From a virus (taxonomy: Duplodnaviria > Caudoviricetes), in IMG/VR virus record IMGVR_UViG_3300029705_000021: a stretch of DNA of 64,000 bases; one strand, given 5' to 3'. Within the stretch, counting starts at the first letter, position 1; each line of letters starts with the position of its first letter. Under the pieces are notes generated by a model. That model did not search any database. It saw only the letters and a list, made by a program, of their open reading frames with translations, and had not been told where the DNA came from. The position numbers and the translations under genes were made by a program. This document shows, piece by piece, positions 17,657 through 27,285 of this stretch.

Positions 17657-18907
17657 ATGGCAAAATTAAAAGTTTTTACATTGGATAACCTTACTCTCTA
17701 TGATGGATTGATTAAAGGTTATGTTGACAAAGCTGCTGCTGCAGTTGATGCAAAGTCAATAAAGACTGTTGCAATTACAGGTAACACACTTAATTTTTAT
17801 AATGTTTCAGAACCTGTAGGTGAAACTGCTCCTGTTTATTCTATTGAACTTCCACAGACAGATTTAACAGACGTTCTTACAAGACTTTCTGCTCTTGAAG
17901 ATGGTAAGGCTGATAAGACTGAAGTTTACACAAAAGGTGAAGTTTACACAAAAGGTGAAGTTGATGCTGCTATTCAGGATGCTGAATATGATGATACTCA
18001 GATTAAGGCTGATATTAAAGCAAATGCTGACGCTATTACAGCAATTAACGCTGCTGATACAGGTATTCTTGCTCAGGCAAAGACTTATGCTGATGGCAAA
18101 GATGACGCTATCGCAGCTGCTAAGAAGGCTGGAGATGACGCTCAGGCTGACGTAGATGCTCTTGAAGCAAAGATTGGTACTGTTGAAGACGGAAAAACTG
18201 TAATGGGTATTATTGCAGACATTCAGGCTAATGCTTACGATGATACTCAGGTTAAAGCTGATATTAAGAAAAATGCTGATGATATTGCTGCTATTAATAA
18301 TGCAGACACAGGTATTTTAGCTCAGTCTAAAGGATACACAGATACAACTGTGGCACAGGCAGTAAAGACTGTTAAAGAAAGTCTTGCTTCTGCTCTTACA
18401 TATAAAGGTCAGAAGGCTACTGAAGATGAACTTCCAACAGAAGGTAATGTATGTGGTGATGTATGGAATGTAACTACAACAGATAAGGGTACTTCTGCTG
18501 AATTCGTATGGGTAGTTGATAATGCTGAAACTGGAGCAGGTCATTGGGAAGAATTAGGTACAGCTCTTGATCTTTCTGCTTATGCTGAAAAGACACAGGT
18601 TGCTACTGATATTGCTACAGCTAAGGGCGAAGCTGTTTCTGAAGCTAAAGCATACGCTGATGGATTGGCTTCGAATTATGACGCTGCAGGTGCTGCTAGT
18701 GATGCACTTACAGAAGCTAAAGCATACACAGATACAGAAGTTGCAAAGGCAAATGATGCAGTAACTGCTCTTACAAATGGTCAGGTTAAGACAAATACTG
18801 ATGCTATCGCTAAGAATGCACAGGATATCGCTGGTTTACAGTCAACTCTTGGCGAAGGTGTTGAAGCTATTACAGAAGCTGAAATTAACGCTTTATTTAA
18901 TGCTTAA
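17657..18907 (+). CDS. Fibre-like coiled-coil virion protein
   Basis: Ala/Asp-rich AKxYAD/YDDTQ repeats, YKG...GDVWNV...WEELG domain, strongly biased codon usage, tandem EVYTKG. Confidence 0.65.
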   Translation: MAKLKVFTLDNLTLYDGLIKGYVDKAAAAVDAKSIKTVAITGNTLNFYNVSEPVGETAPVYSIELPQTDLTDVLTRLSALEDGKADKTEVYTKGEVYTKGEVDAAIQDAEYDDTQIKADIKANADAITAINAADTGILAQAKTYADGKDDAIAAAKKAGDDAQADVDALEAKIGTVEDGKTVMGIIADIQANAYDDTQVKADIKKNADDIAAINNADTGILAQSKGYTDTTVAQAVKTVKESLASALTYKGQKATEDELPTEGNVCGDVWNVTTTDKGTSAEFVWVVDNAETGAGHWEELGTALDLSAYAEKTQVATDIATAKGEAVSEAKAYADGLASNYDAAGAASDALTEAKAYTDTEVAKANDAVTALTNGQVKTNTDAIAKNAQDIAGLQSTLGEGVEAITEAEINALFNA

Positions 18908-18933
18908 TTAAAATAAAATTGAATACATGATTG

Positions 18934-18970
18934 CAAAGAGCCTTGTGAAATATCAAGGCTCTTTGTATTA
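18934..18970 (+). terminator. Intrinsic terminator
   Basis: CAAAGAGCCTTG/CAAGGCTCTTTG 12-bp stem after the fibre gene. Confidence 0.7.
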
Positions 18971-18981
18971 ATATTGGTTGA

Positions 18982-19136
18982 TAAATAAATGTTTAGTGAT
19001 CTTATGTATTTACCTAAGCACTCTTAAAACAGGTATTTTTTTATATTTATATTTTTGATTATGTGCTTACCTAAGCCCACAATCCTTTTAAAATACAATA
19101 AAATTTTAATTTATAAATTCACTAAACATTTATTTA
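18982..19136. repeat. IR-bounded cassette 3 with two 20-bp palindromic sites
   Basis: 18-bp perfect IR TAAATAAATGTTTAGTGA/TCACTAAACATTTATTTA; reverse-oriented sites at 19004 and 19061. Confidence 0.82.
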
Positions 19137-19151
19137 ACTAATTAAATTTAT

Positions 19152-19224
19152 GCCTCGATGGCTCAATTGGCAGAGCAGCTGATTTGTAATCAGCAGGTTA
19201 TCGGTTCAAGTCCGATTCGAGGCT
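19152..19224 (+). tRNA. tRNA-Thr(TGT)
   Basis: GCCTCGA/TCGAGGC acceptor, GCTGA-TTTGTAA-TCAGC, ATCGG-TTCAAGT-CCGAT. Confidence 0.95.
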
Positions 19225-19300
19225 TATGAAGAAGAGTTGGTTGTATGGCTACTCTTCTATTTTATTGGAATAAATTATGATTAAAAGGAGGAGTTGTTAG

Positions 19301-20605
19301 ATGGCAACTGTAAAAAAAATGAGTACGGATGTCAAAATGACTCCTGCTCAAATGAAAAAAGAAATAGAAAAATTAAAAGAAGAAAATGAAAAGCTTAGAA
19401 ATAGTTCTCGTTGTCTTATATGTGACACATTAAAAAAAAAGGACGATTTTTATGTTAGTACAGACCCAATGAATAAAGCAGGGCATACTCAAATATGTAA
19501 AACTTGTGCTCGTAAATTGGCATTGAGAACAGATAAAAATGGCAATGAACATGAATGTAATATGGATTCAATTTGTTTAAGCCTTAAATACATGAATAAA
19601 CCATTTTTAAATGATTTATGGGATTCTAGTATACAAGAATCAGAAAATTTAGTAGCAGGAAAAGTAAAACATAGTCCAGCAACCGCTTATTTTAAGAATG
19701 TCGCAATGGGACAATATAATGGTCTTACCTATTTTGACAGTGACATGTTCAAAGAAAAAGTTGTTTATGAAGATGAAAAAACACCTCAAATGATTGTCGA
19801 AGAACATGCAGGTCAAGATACTTATGATGATTTTATTAAGAATAAAAAAGATGTTATTAGATTATTAAGTTATGACCCATTTGAACAAGAAGCTGTAAGT
19901 GATCAACCATTTTTATATTCTCAGTTAATAGGATTACTTGATGCTGGTGGAGATGAGAATGATGATATGATGAGAAATGCTTCTTGTATTTCAATTGTAA
20001 GAAGTTTCTTGCAATCTTCTAAGATAGATAATGCCATAGCAAATCTTATGGCAGATATTAAAAATATAGATAAAAATTCTGCTACTATTAAATCACTTCA
20101 AGATAGCAAATCAAAAATTACAAGTACTATTACGAATTTGGCAGCAGAAAGTTGTATTTCATTGAAAAATAATAAAAATGCTAAGAAAGGTGAAAATACT
20201 TGGACTGGTAAAATTAAAAAGATTAAAGATTTAAATCTTAGAGATGGACAAGTTAATGGATTTGATATAGCAACTTGCAAGGGTATGCAACAAGTACAGG
20301 AAATCAGTGATGCTTCTATTATGAAGCAGTTGGCACTTGATGAATCAGATTGGTCAGATATGGTTGCAGAAATGAGAAAAGATAATCAAGCTTTAAGAAA
20401 AGAAAGAGATTCTTATAAAGAAATTAATAGAATTCTTTTACAAGAGAATTTAGATCTTAAGGATTATTTTGAAGATAATAATATAAATCCAGATATTGAA
20501 TATAGAAATTTAAAAGAATTGTACTCTATATTTGCGAGTGACGATGAAATAGAAACAACTGTTGAGGAGGTAGATGAAGATGAATCAGATACTACTTCCG
20601 TATAA
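19301..20605 (+). CDS. Putative terminase small subunit / packaging-associated Zn-finger protein
   Basis: CxxC...CxxC N-terminus; overlaps the terminase large subunit start. Confidence 0.55.
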   Translation: MATVKKMSTDVKMTPAQMKKEIEKLKEENEKLRNSSRCLICDTLKKKDDFYVSTDPMNKAGHTQICKTCARKLALRTDKNGNEHECNMDSICLSLKYMNKPFLNDLWDSSIQESENLVAGKVKHSPATAYFKNVAMGQYNGLTYFDSDMFKEKVVYEDEKTPQMIVEEHAGQDTYDDFIKNKKDVIRLLSYDPFEQEAVSDQPFLYSQLIGLLDAGGDENDDMMRNASCISIVRSFLQSSKIDNAIANLMADIKNIDKNSATIKSLQDSKSKITSTITNLAAESCISLKNNKNAKKGENTWTGKIKKIKDLNLRDGQVNGFDIATCKGMQQVQEISDASIMKQLALDESDWSDMVAEMRKDNQALRKERDSYKEINRILLQENLDLKDYFEDNNINPDIEYRNLKELYSIFASDDEIETTVEEVDEDESDTTSV

Positions 20606-22896
20606 TAATTATCAATTAGATTATGATAAAGATTTCTATCAAGACTATGGTATTTTTGTAAAACCAATTAATTATCCATTATCCAGTAGAAAAATAGAAG
20701 CTTTATTGGAGATTGCAAATATGCAAAAGTATTTTCAATGTAACCCTGTTAAAATGATAGACATTATGTTCAACATAGAACTTCTTGATAGCCAAGCACT
20801 TGCAGTACAAAAAACATGGATTTGTCCTAATGCACTTTTGGTGTGTACTCGTGGTTGGGGTAAATCTACTGTTATTGATTTATCTCTCATGGCAAAAGGA
20901 ATGTGCTTCGCAAATTATTGGAGCTATATAGCAAGTGGTTCTGGTTCTCAGGCTGAACAAACTTTTACTACGTTAGAAAGACTTGCTAATGATAATATTG
21001 ATACATTTTCAGGGTCTACTGGAATTGTGTTCAAAAACGAAGTAGAAATTAAAAACGCTGCAGGTGATGGATTTAGTCATAGCAGTAATGGATTTAACTA
21101 TTCTTTATATAATGGTTCAATGACACAAACATTAAATTCAAATATAGACGCTAAAAGAGGTGAACGATTGCCTCACTAATTAGAAATAATTAGAGAAAAA
21201 TAAGTGCGAAAGAAAACTGGAAGACTGAAATGTTAATCAGAATGGAAGGCTAAATGCAAAAGTTTAGTCACATGCAGAGCATAGAGTTTGAAACTAATTA
21301 ATATTAGAATATAATAACTCCACGAGTTCGCACCATCTAAACGTAAAGTCGTAGATGAAAAGGTATGCCGAGCTTATAGGAATAAAACTATAAGAACTAT
21401 AAGATAAAAAACTTGTAGGATAACAATTGTATCGTGGTAGCGTAGTTTTTGATGAAAGTGGTTTCTTATCAGAAGAAATGATGAACGTATATAGTGCGTT
21501 TGCTGTAGTTAATAGAGATTTGAAAACTGGTAAAGATGCAAGTGGAAAATCAATTGATCCAATTAGACAAAGATGTTTCCCACCTGACATGCCATATCAG
21601 AAAATATATATCAGTTCTGCTTCTAGTACTGATACAAAATTCTTTGCATTATATAAAGATTTTGCAAAGAAACAAATTATGGGAGACCCAGATTATTGTG
21701 TTTTACATATTGATTGCGAGTTGGCATTTAAACCAACAATGCATGGAGAATTAATTACTCCTCTTCTCTCTCGTTCTACTGTTCAATCTGAAATGAGAAC
21801 AAATCCTGAAAAGGCAAGACGAGAATATTATTGTCAATTTACTACTGAAGCAGGTGAAAATGCAATTATTAAAAGAGGTGTTATTACTAGAAATGAAGAA
21901 ATTAGAAAACCACTTCTTTATAATGATACTGGTGATAAGAAATTTGTTATATGTTATGACCCAGCTAGAAGCCGAGACAATAGTGTTATTTTGGTTGGTG
22001 AAATATATGATCACGAAGAAGTTGATGGTTCTATTGATAAAAGAATGAGACTTGTAAACTGTATTAACTTGATTGACGTTGGTAAAAAGATTAAATCTCC
22101 TATGCAAACACCTGATCAGATTGAATATCTTAAAAAAGTTATTCTTGATTATAATGGTGGTGCTGATGCTTATGAAAACATTGTTGGAATATATATTGAT
22201 GCTGGTTCTGGTGGTGGAGGCGTTAACATTGCAGACTATTTAATGCAAGATTGGGTAGATAAAGCAGGAATTAAACATAGAGGTTTAATTGACAAAGAAT
22301 ATTCTGCTGAATATGTTAAAAAGTTTCCTAATGCAGTTGACAAAGTTAGGTTAATATCTCCTTCAGGCTATAAATCAGAAATGTACGAAGCAATGATAGA
22401 ATTAATGAATCAAGATAAAATTAGCTTTACAGCGCAATATGACAGAAAAGGTATCTTAACTGTATTTGATGTTGATGAAGAAAAGTTGGCAAAAGAGAAA
22501 GAAAAGATTATAAATAAATTAAAGAAACAGAAACTTTCTAATGAAGAGTTTAGTAATAAACTTGACGAAGAGTTAAAGCAAGTTCAATCTGTAAAAACTA
22601 AAACAATTAAACTTGATTGGCAAGATGAAATTGCTTTAGTTAATATGGACGCATTAAAAGAAGAGCTTGTCAATATGGTTCGTAAAAAGAGAGAATCTGG
22701 AAAAGACTCTTTCGAATTGACTGCAGAAAAAGCAAATAAAATGCATGATGATAGAGCTTATACTTGTTGTTTAGCTTCATATGCTCTTATGTGTGAAAGA
22801 AGAAAGAATATTACTTCTAGAAAGAGAAAACCTACAACAACCAACCTAGCAGATCTCTTACCAATCAAAACACCAAAGAGATCTTCTTACTTTTAA
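20574..22896 (+). CDS. terL: Terminase large subunit, spliced join(20574..21161,21430..22896), 684 aa
   Basis: Walker A RGWGKS in exon 1; splice restores KRG-YRGSVVFDES (Walker B); nuclease motifs YDPARSRD, IDAGSGGG, HDDR. Confidence 0.9.
21162..21429 (+). ncRNA. ORF-less group I intron in terL
   Basis: P1 GAGGT/GCCTC with U-G at 5' site; P7 GCATA/TATGC; terminal G; P10 ACGAT/ATCGT; excision restores frame. Confidence 0.9.
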
Positions 22897-23030
22897 ATTT
22901 TAAACTAAATAAAAATATATTTTCTCAATATAACATATATCATAAATAATATAGTTTGTCAAGATAAAATTTTAAAAAATAAATATAAATAAAAAATACT
23001 AAAAAAAAATAAATAAAGGGAGGTGTACCG

Positions 23031-24599
23031 ATGGGAAGACCAAAGGGCAGTAAAAATAAACCAAAGGTGACAGAAAGTGCACCTTCTACAACAGTAACAA
23101 TGGGAACAAATATACCTGCAACAAAAACTAAACGTACTGTTGCGGAAATGAAGGAATGGTATGAAAAGAATACTGAAAATACACAAGAAGCATTTAAGAA
23201 AATTAGGGATGTAACAAAAACTGGTCGCCAGACAACTTTAAATTCTTATAGTAAAGATAATGTAATTTCATATTTGCAAAACATTTCTTCTAATGAGAAC
23301 AACTTAAGAAATTTGTCTCGTTATTTGTTTTATAGATCACAGGTGTATTTTAGATTAGTTATGTATAATGCCACAATGTTTGATTTAAATGCACGTACTG
23401 TAATCCCACAATATGATCCAATAAAAACAAATAATCCAAATAAAATATTAAAATCATATTATGAAACTTTACAATGGTTAGATAGAATGAATTTACAACA
23501 CGAATTTTTATCAGTTTTAGTTAATAATTTTATAGAGGATGTTTTCTATGGTTGTTGTTGGATTGATGAAACTGGAATATTTATATTGCAGTTACCACCA
23601 GAGTATTGTAAAATTAACGGAAAATTTTTCACAGGAGATTTTCATTACGAAGTGGACATGTCATATTATAAGAAATATGAATATTTAATTGAATATTTAG
23701 GCGAACCTTTCTCTTCTATGTATTCGGCTTACGGTGGAGACAACGCAAAAAGATGGCAACCAATGCCAGATGAATACACCTTATGTACGAAGTATAGATT
23801 AGAATCTTGGGAAACAGTATGTCCACCTTATTCTGGCTTATTTCTTGATTTGATCGGACTTCTCAATTTATCTGATGTTCAGGCAGTTGCAGATGAACAG
23901 CAGATTTATAAGCTTATTACTGCTACTATTCCATTGTTAGATAATTCGGATGTGCCAGATGATTGGGCGGTAGATGTTAATACAGCATTAGAATATTATA
24001 GAAAGTTGGACGCTGCTTTGCCTCCATATATAGGTAGTATCATTACTCCTATTCCATTGGATACAATATCGTTTTCTGATGATCAAGCTACTGATACAAC
24101 TAAAGTTCAAAAAGCCACAAAAGAAGTTTTAAATACATCTGGTGGAGCACAGATTTTGAACTCTAGTACAATTTCAGGAGCAGAAGCTTTTAAAGCTGCT
24201 ACTCGTGCAGATACGGAATTAGCAATTTCTAGTTTGTTGGGACAAATTAGTGGTTGGACAAATCGTATGTTATCTTATTTAGTATCTGATCCTGCAAAAG
24301 TTAAGTTTTTCGAAGTATCTTCTTATACTAAAGATGCTTTCAAAGAATCTTTGCAAAAAGATTTGAATTATGGATTTGTTAGTGCTTTAGCAATTAATTC
24401 GTTAAACGGATTTAGTGAATTAGATACATTGGCATTGAACTATTTGGAAAGAGATGTTTTACAACTTCATGACAAGTTTGTTCCTTATAAAACAGCATCT
24501 ACACAATCTGGAGATGGTGAAGGTGGAGCACCAGAGAAATCTGACACGGAAATTTCGGATGAGGGTAGTGAAACAAAGGATCAGGAGAAAAATCAGTAA
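23031..24599 (+). CDS. Portal protein
   Basis: 522 aa directly after terminase; acidic GGAPEKSD tail typical of portals. Confidence 0.75.
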   Translation: MGRPKGSKNKPKVTESAPSTTVTMGTNIPATKTKRTVAEMKEWYEKNTENTQEAFKKIRDVTKTGRQTTLNSYSKDNVISYLQNISSNENNLRNLSRYLFYRSQVYFRLVMYNATMFDLNARTVIPQYDPIKTNNPNKILKSYYETLQWLDRMNLQHEFLSVLVNNFIEDVFYGCCWIDETGIFILQLPPEYCKINGKFFTGDFHYEVDMSYYKKYEYLIEYLGEPFSSMYSAYGGDNAKRWQPMPDEYTLCTKYRLESWETVCPPYSGLFLDLIGLLNLSDVQAVADEQQIYKLITATIPLLDNSDVPDDWAVDVNTALEYYRKLDAALPPYIGSIITPIPLDTISFSDDQATDTTKVQKATKEVLNTSGGAQILNSSTISGAEAFKAATRADTELAISSLLGQISGWTNRMLSYLVSDPAKVKFFEVSSYTKDAFKESLQKDLNYGFVSALAINSLNGFSELDTLALNYLERDVLQLHDKFVPYKTASTQSGDGEGGAPEKSDTEISDEGSETKDQEKNQ

Positions 24600-24613
24600 A
24601 GGAAGAAAAGGAT

Positions 24614-24808
24614 ATGAAGAATAGAAATGATAATACTAAAGCTATGTTTATCAAAACTCAAGATTTAGATACGTCTGAAAGTTTAAAACAAGCTGGCTTT
24701 GAATTAGTTGATTATACAAATGAAACATGGACGTTTGTAAATAATCCGAAGTGTCCATTAACATTTGATAATAATAAAGTAGCATATTCAAATATGCTAT
24801 TCTTTTAA
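24614..24808 (+). CDS. Hypothetical protein
   Basis: 64-aa ORF with RBS. Confidence 0.6.
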   Translation: MKNRNDNTKAMFIKTQDLDTSESLKQAGFELVDYTNETWTFVNNPKCPLTFDNNKVAYSNMLFF

Positions 24809-24884
24809 GACTCCTTTTGAGAGTCTTTTTCTATGTTTAAAAAATAGACTAATAAGATTTAAAGAAAGGAGGAAACGTTGGAAA

Positions 24885-26711
24885 ATGGCAAATAAAACAA
24901 TGAAAAAAATTCTAACTATTGAAGATTTAGTACAATTTTGTCAAACACAAAATTTTCATAAATTTAGTTCTGCTGAAACAGGATATCAGTTATCTGTACA
25001 AGTTCCAGCAATAGCTACATATAAAAAGAAAGAAGAAACTGAAGATAATACTCTTCTATTTTGTAAGGTTAAATTGTTTCATATTGGACGTAATAGAAAT
25101 GGGTCAAGTGTAACAAAAGAAGCTGCAGAAAAAGCTTTATCAACTATTGCTTATAAACCTTTGCTTGCAAACTTCTGTGAAATTGATGGTGTAAAAGACT
25201 TTACAAGTCATGATATGAATATTTTAGAAGATGGATCTATTGAGTATATTGAAAGACAGATTGGTACTTTTACAGCAGATAAGCCTTATATAGAATACGA
25301 TGAAGAAAATGACAAAGATTTTATCTATGCTTATGTTGCTATTCCTCGTGAATATAGCGATGCTAGTGAGATCATAGAGCGCAAAGAAGGAACTAAAGTT
25401 TCGGTTGAGCTTATAATCAATGCTATGTCGTACAATGCAAGTGAACGTGTGCTTGAATTAGAAGATATTATTGTTCAAGGAGCGACTTGCTTGGGATTGA
25501 ATCCAGAAACTGGGGAAGAAGTTGGTGAAGGCATGAAAGGTGCTAGACTGGATATAGTAGATTTTAGTGTTGAAAATAATTCTGTGCATTTTGATGCTAA
25601 TGAAGAATTATTAAATGAAATTAAGAAGTTGAATGAGAATTTATCTCATATCAATATAAATTCAAAACTTGAAGAAGGGAGGAACGAAACGGTGAACAAA
25701 TTTGAAGAATTACTTGAAAAATACGGTAAGACTGTAGAAGATATTACATTTGAATATGAGAATCTTTCTGATGAAGAACTTGAAGCAAAATTTGCTGAAG
25801 AGTTTGAAGAAGAGAACACCGATGGAGAAGGTGAAGCAGATCCAGAGCCTACTTCTGAAGGTGATGAAGGAGAAAATAATTCTGACGACAATGACGACAA
25901 TGATAATGATGAAGATGGAGAAGTAGTTGTTGAAGATAATAGTGGTGAAGAAAACACAGAAGATAACAATGAATCTGATACAAATTCAGAACCAGAATCA
26001 GAATCAGAACCAGAAATTGAACCTGAAACAGAGCCTGTTGTTGTAACTGAGTCTGTAAAACCTGAAAAGTATTCAATTGCTTTATCTGACGGTACAGTTA
26101 AAGAATTTGCTTTAACTCTTGATGAAATTAACAATGCTTTATATATGTTAGTAAATCAGACATATGGTGAAACAGATGATGCATGGTATAGTGTACAAGT
26201 TTATGAAGATGGTTCTCTCATTATGATTGATTGGTGGAATAATAAGGCATTTAGACAGTCTTATAAGAGAGATGAAGAAAACTTCTCACTTGTTGGAGAC
26301 AGAGTTGAAGTTAATCAAGTATGGGTTACAGCTGAGGAAGAAGCAGCTCTTAATGAGATGAAGTCTAACTATGCGTCTTTAGTACAGTTCAAAGAAGATA
26401 CAGAAAATGCACAAATTCATACACAGAGAGAAGAAATTCTTTATAATGAAAAGTATTCTGTTCTTGCTGAAAAGGATGAAAATAATGAATACAAAAATGA
26501 AGCTTATGCAAAATTAGTATCTGAAATGGATAATTACTCTCTCGTTGATTTAGAGAAAGAATTGAAATCTGTATTTGCAGATTATATTACAAATGGCGGT
26601 CAGTTTGCTTATGTTGGCGAACCAGAAGCTAAACCTGTAGTAAATAAGAAGTTATTTGCTACTCCTACTAGTGAAAAACCTAGTAGATATGGTAACTTAT
26701 TTAATAAATAA
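24885..26711 (+). CDS. Prohead protease/scaffold fusion
   Basis: HIGRNRNGS and KVSVEL protease-like motifs, long acidic linker, helical C-terminus; between portal and capsid. Confidence 0.7.
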   Translation: MANKTMKKILTIEDLVQFCQTQNFHKFSSAETGYQLSVQVPAIATYKKKEETEDNTLLFCKVKLFHIGRNRNGSSVTKEAAEKALSTIAYKPLLANFCEIDGVKDFTSHDMNILEDGSIEYIERQIGTFTADKPYIEYDEENDKDFIYAYVAIPREYSDASEIIERKEGTKVSVELIINAMSYNASERVLELEDIIVQGATCLGLNPETGEEVGEGMKGARLDIVDFSVENNSVHFDANEELLNEIKKLNENLSHININSKLEEGRNETVNKFEELLEKYGKTVEDITFEYENLSDEELEAKFAEEFEEENTDGEGEADPEPTSEGDEGENNSDDNDDNDNDEDGEVVVEDNSGEENTEDNNESDTNSEPESESEPEIEPETEPVVVTESVKPEKYSIALSDGTVKEFALTLDEINNALYMLVNQTYGETDDAWYSVQVYEDGSLIMIDWWNNKAFRQSYKRDEENFSLVGDRVEVNQVWVTAEEEAALNEMKSNYASLVQFKEDTENAQIHTQREEILYNEKYSVLAEKDENNEYKNEAYAKLVSEMDNYSLVDLEKELKSVFADYITNGGQFAYVGEPEAKPVVNKKLFATPTSEKPSRYGNLFNK

Positions 26712-26794
26712 GAAACTAAATAAAAAAATATAAACACATTTTAAACAAATGGACTATATAAATAGTCTTGAAACATTTTAAGGAGGAAAAAGAA

Positions 26795-27262
26795 ATGGCA
26801 ATTAAATTTGAAATTGAAAAACATGCTTATTGTTTCCCTACTAAAGTTTTAGCAGGAAATGGTGGCGCACATATCTTAAACATTGAATTAACAGCAGACG
26901 CAGATAATGGTTCTATCGTTGGTGTTGGGGAATATAAGTCTTTTGACAACTACGTTGAAGCAGAAGCACCAGCAGAATATTCTGCAAAAATCGTTGACAA
27001 AGCAGCAGATGGAAACTTCTATGTAGAAGTAGTAGAACCAGCTAATGCAGTTCTTGTATGTGAAGTAGTTAATAATCCTTACACAAATTATGACTCTAGA
27101 TTTAAGTCAGATAAGAACTTCTATAATGCAGCTGGCGATGTAGTACGTGGATACTGTCTTGTTAAACATGACGTTTATGAATTAAGCGCAGAAGGTTTTG
27201 AAGGTACACCTGAAGTTGGTAAGACAGTAACAATCACAGGAAGAAAGCACGTAGTTGCGTAA
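26795..27262 (+). CDS. Capsid decoration/minor head protein
   Basis: ATG after AGGAGG; position between scaffold and capsid; high-expression codon bias. Confidence 0.6.
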   Translation: MAIKFEIEKHAYCFPTKVLAGNGGAHILNIELTADADNGSIVGVGEYKSFDNYVEAEAPAEYSAKIVDKAADGNFYVEVVEPANAVLVCEVVNNPYTNYDSRFKSDKNFYNAAGDVVRGYCLVKHDVYELSAEGFEGTPEVGKTVTITGRKHVVA

Positions 27263-27285
27263 TATAAGGAAGGAGGAACAATACA

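Noticed and set aside
13971-19224. tRNA fragment and tRNA-Thr as attL/attR of an integrated element
   Set aside because: The fragment does not match the 3' end of tRNA-Thr, so there is no direct-repeat att pair
22934-22962. Antisense promoter (minus-strand TTGACA) pointing into terminase
   Set aside because: -10 at 17 bp is only TATATG in very AT-rich DNA; too weak to call
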